A stretch of 64,000 bases of DNA from Vicugna vicugna. Lineage: Eukaryota. A model generated the notes under the pieces. It worked only from the letters and a program-made list of their open reading frames with translations, was not told the origin of the DNA and did no database searches. This document shows positions 62,975 through 64,000 of the stretch, in pieces. Numbering within the stretch: the first letter of the stretch is position 1; each line of letters starts with the position of its first letter. The DNA is taken from NCBI GenBank assembly GCA_013265495.1, contig MU058687.1, positions 2,792,001-2,856,000 of the forward strand, written 5' to 3'. The position numbers and the translations under genes are program-made.

Positions 62975-63190
62975 TAAGAGCAGACAGCCTGGGTTTGAAT
63001 CCCAGCTCTGCCACTTACTAGCCACAAGGCTTTGCACAATTTATATAAGCTCTCTGTGCCTCAGTTTCTTTACCTGAAAAATAAGGGTAATAATAAGGCA
63101 TACGTCAAGGGGTTGCTGTGAGGAATAAATAGTGTGGATAAAGTGGGGATATGACAAGGGCCTGACATGCAGAGAATGCTCAGTAAGGGC
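62975..63190 (+). mobile_element. MIR SINE
   Basis: cagacagcctgggtttgaatcccagctctgccacttactagc...ctctgtgcctcagtttc...gggttgctgtgagga. Confidence 0.85.
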
Positions 63191-64000
63191 TGGTCATTAT
63201 CACTCACAGTAGAATGACTGTGATGAGTGTCAGTGCCGTACACTACACCAGGTGTGAAGGAAAGCAGAGGATTCCACCATCTCCAGTCCTGCCCTCTAAG
63301 TAGACAGTAGAGTTGGGAGATGAAACCCACACAGGAAGGAGTAAGTTAGAGCTGCCAGGTGTAGGGGAAGATTCCCCTGGGGCTGAACTAGCTGAGGAAA
63401 GACCCTGTGGGATTAGTGGGGCTGGGAGAGGCCTAGGCTAATGGAAGAGACATGTGATTGTGGGGCGTGGGGTTGCCCATCCAGATGCAGAGGGCCACAA
63501 AGGGGATGTGGGCCTTGCCAGTCAGGTCAGGAGATTGTACATCATGCAGGTCATCCCTGCATTTCAGGGTTTTCAGTTTTCAATTCTACTCTCACTCCTG
63601 CAAGCCATTTTGGCAGAAACCCCATTTGCTGAGGGTGGGAAGGAAGAGTGATGGGAGCTCCCAGAGGCCCCCCTTTGGGCCCAGAGAGAGGTTCAGAGAT
63701 CTCTGATGTTCCCAGTTGAGTTCCCCAGCAGCTTTGGGCTGAAATCTTGGGCAATAAGCATGACTCTCTGCTTTTCATCTCCAACCTGGCAGACCCTGTT
63801 CATTTAGAAAAACTAGACATCAGTTTATGCCTGATGCACCCAGGCCAAACACCCTTGACTTAGGATGAGCCAGGGTTTTGTAAGAAATAATTAGAGGGAG
63901 GAGGAAGGGTCCATGGGATCATGCCCTCAGGATTTAAATCTTCTGCAAGTTGCATACTCATATTCCCATCACTCCTAAATGGAGACTCGCAATTCCCAGA

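Noticed and set aside
1..64000. CRISPR array, operon, prophage, rRNA or other prokaryote-type system
   Set aside because: No regularly spaced repeats or dense ORF architecture; the window is consistently mammalian, intron- and repeat-rich DNA

Overview
Mammalian genomic DNA, most likely a camelid (alpaca/camel): it carries tRNA-derived Vic-1-type SINEs and artiodactyl-type L1 3' ends, and I saw no Alu, B1 or Bov-tA. The only protein-coding gene I can support is CIPC (CLOCK-interacting pacemaker, KIAA1737) on the + strand. It has a CpG-island promoter and non-coding exon 1 (donor after 37725), then coding exons 42782-42917, 46626-46795 and 49987-50877, giving 398 aa, and a ~2.6 kb 3'UTR (AATAAA 53487). 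The first ~36 kb and last ~10 kb are non-coding, filled with old repeats (MIR, L2, L1, MLT/LTR, MER5/MER20/MER3/MER47) and several enhancer-like, homeobox-motif-rich blocks. Nearly all other ORFs in the track look like chance ORFs. I found no CRISPR array, RNA gene or prokaryote-like system, and nothing I can call a new biological system. The best leads are regulatory features of CIPC: a candidate 46-nt stop-containing cassette exon predicted to escape NMD, a chain of uORFs that may be a disabled N-terminal extension, a telomere-repeat G-quadruplex in the promoter, circadian E-box and D-box elements, and an 83-bp duplicate of a 3'UTR segment beyond the polyA site. Repeat family names and boundaries are by eye and approximate.
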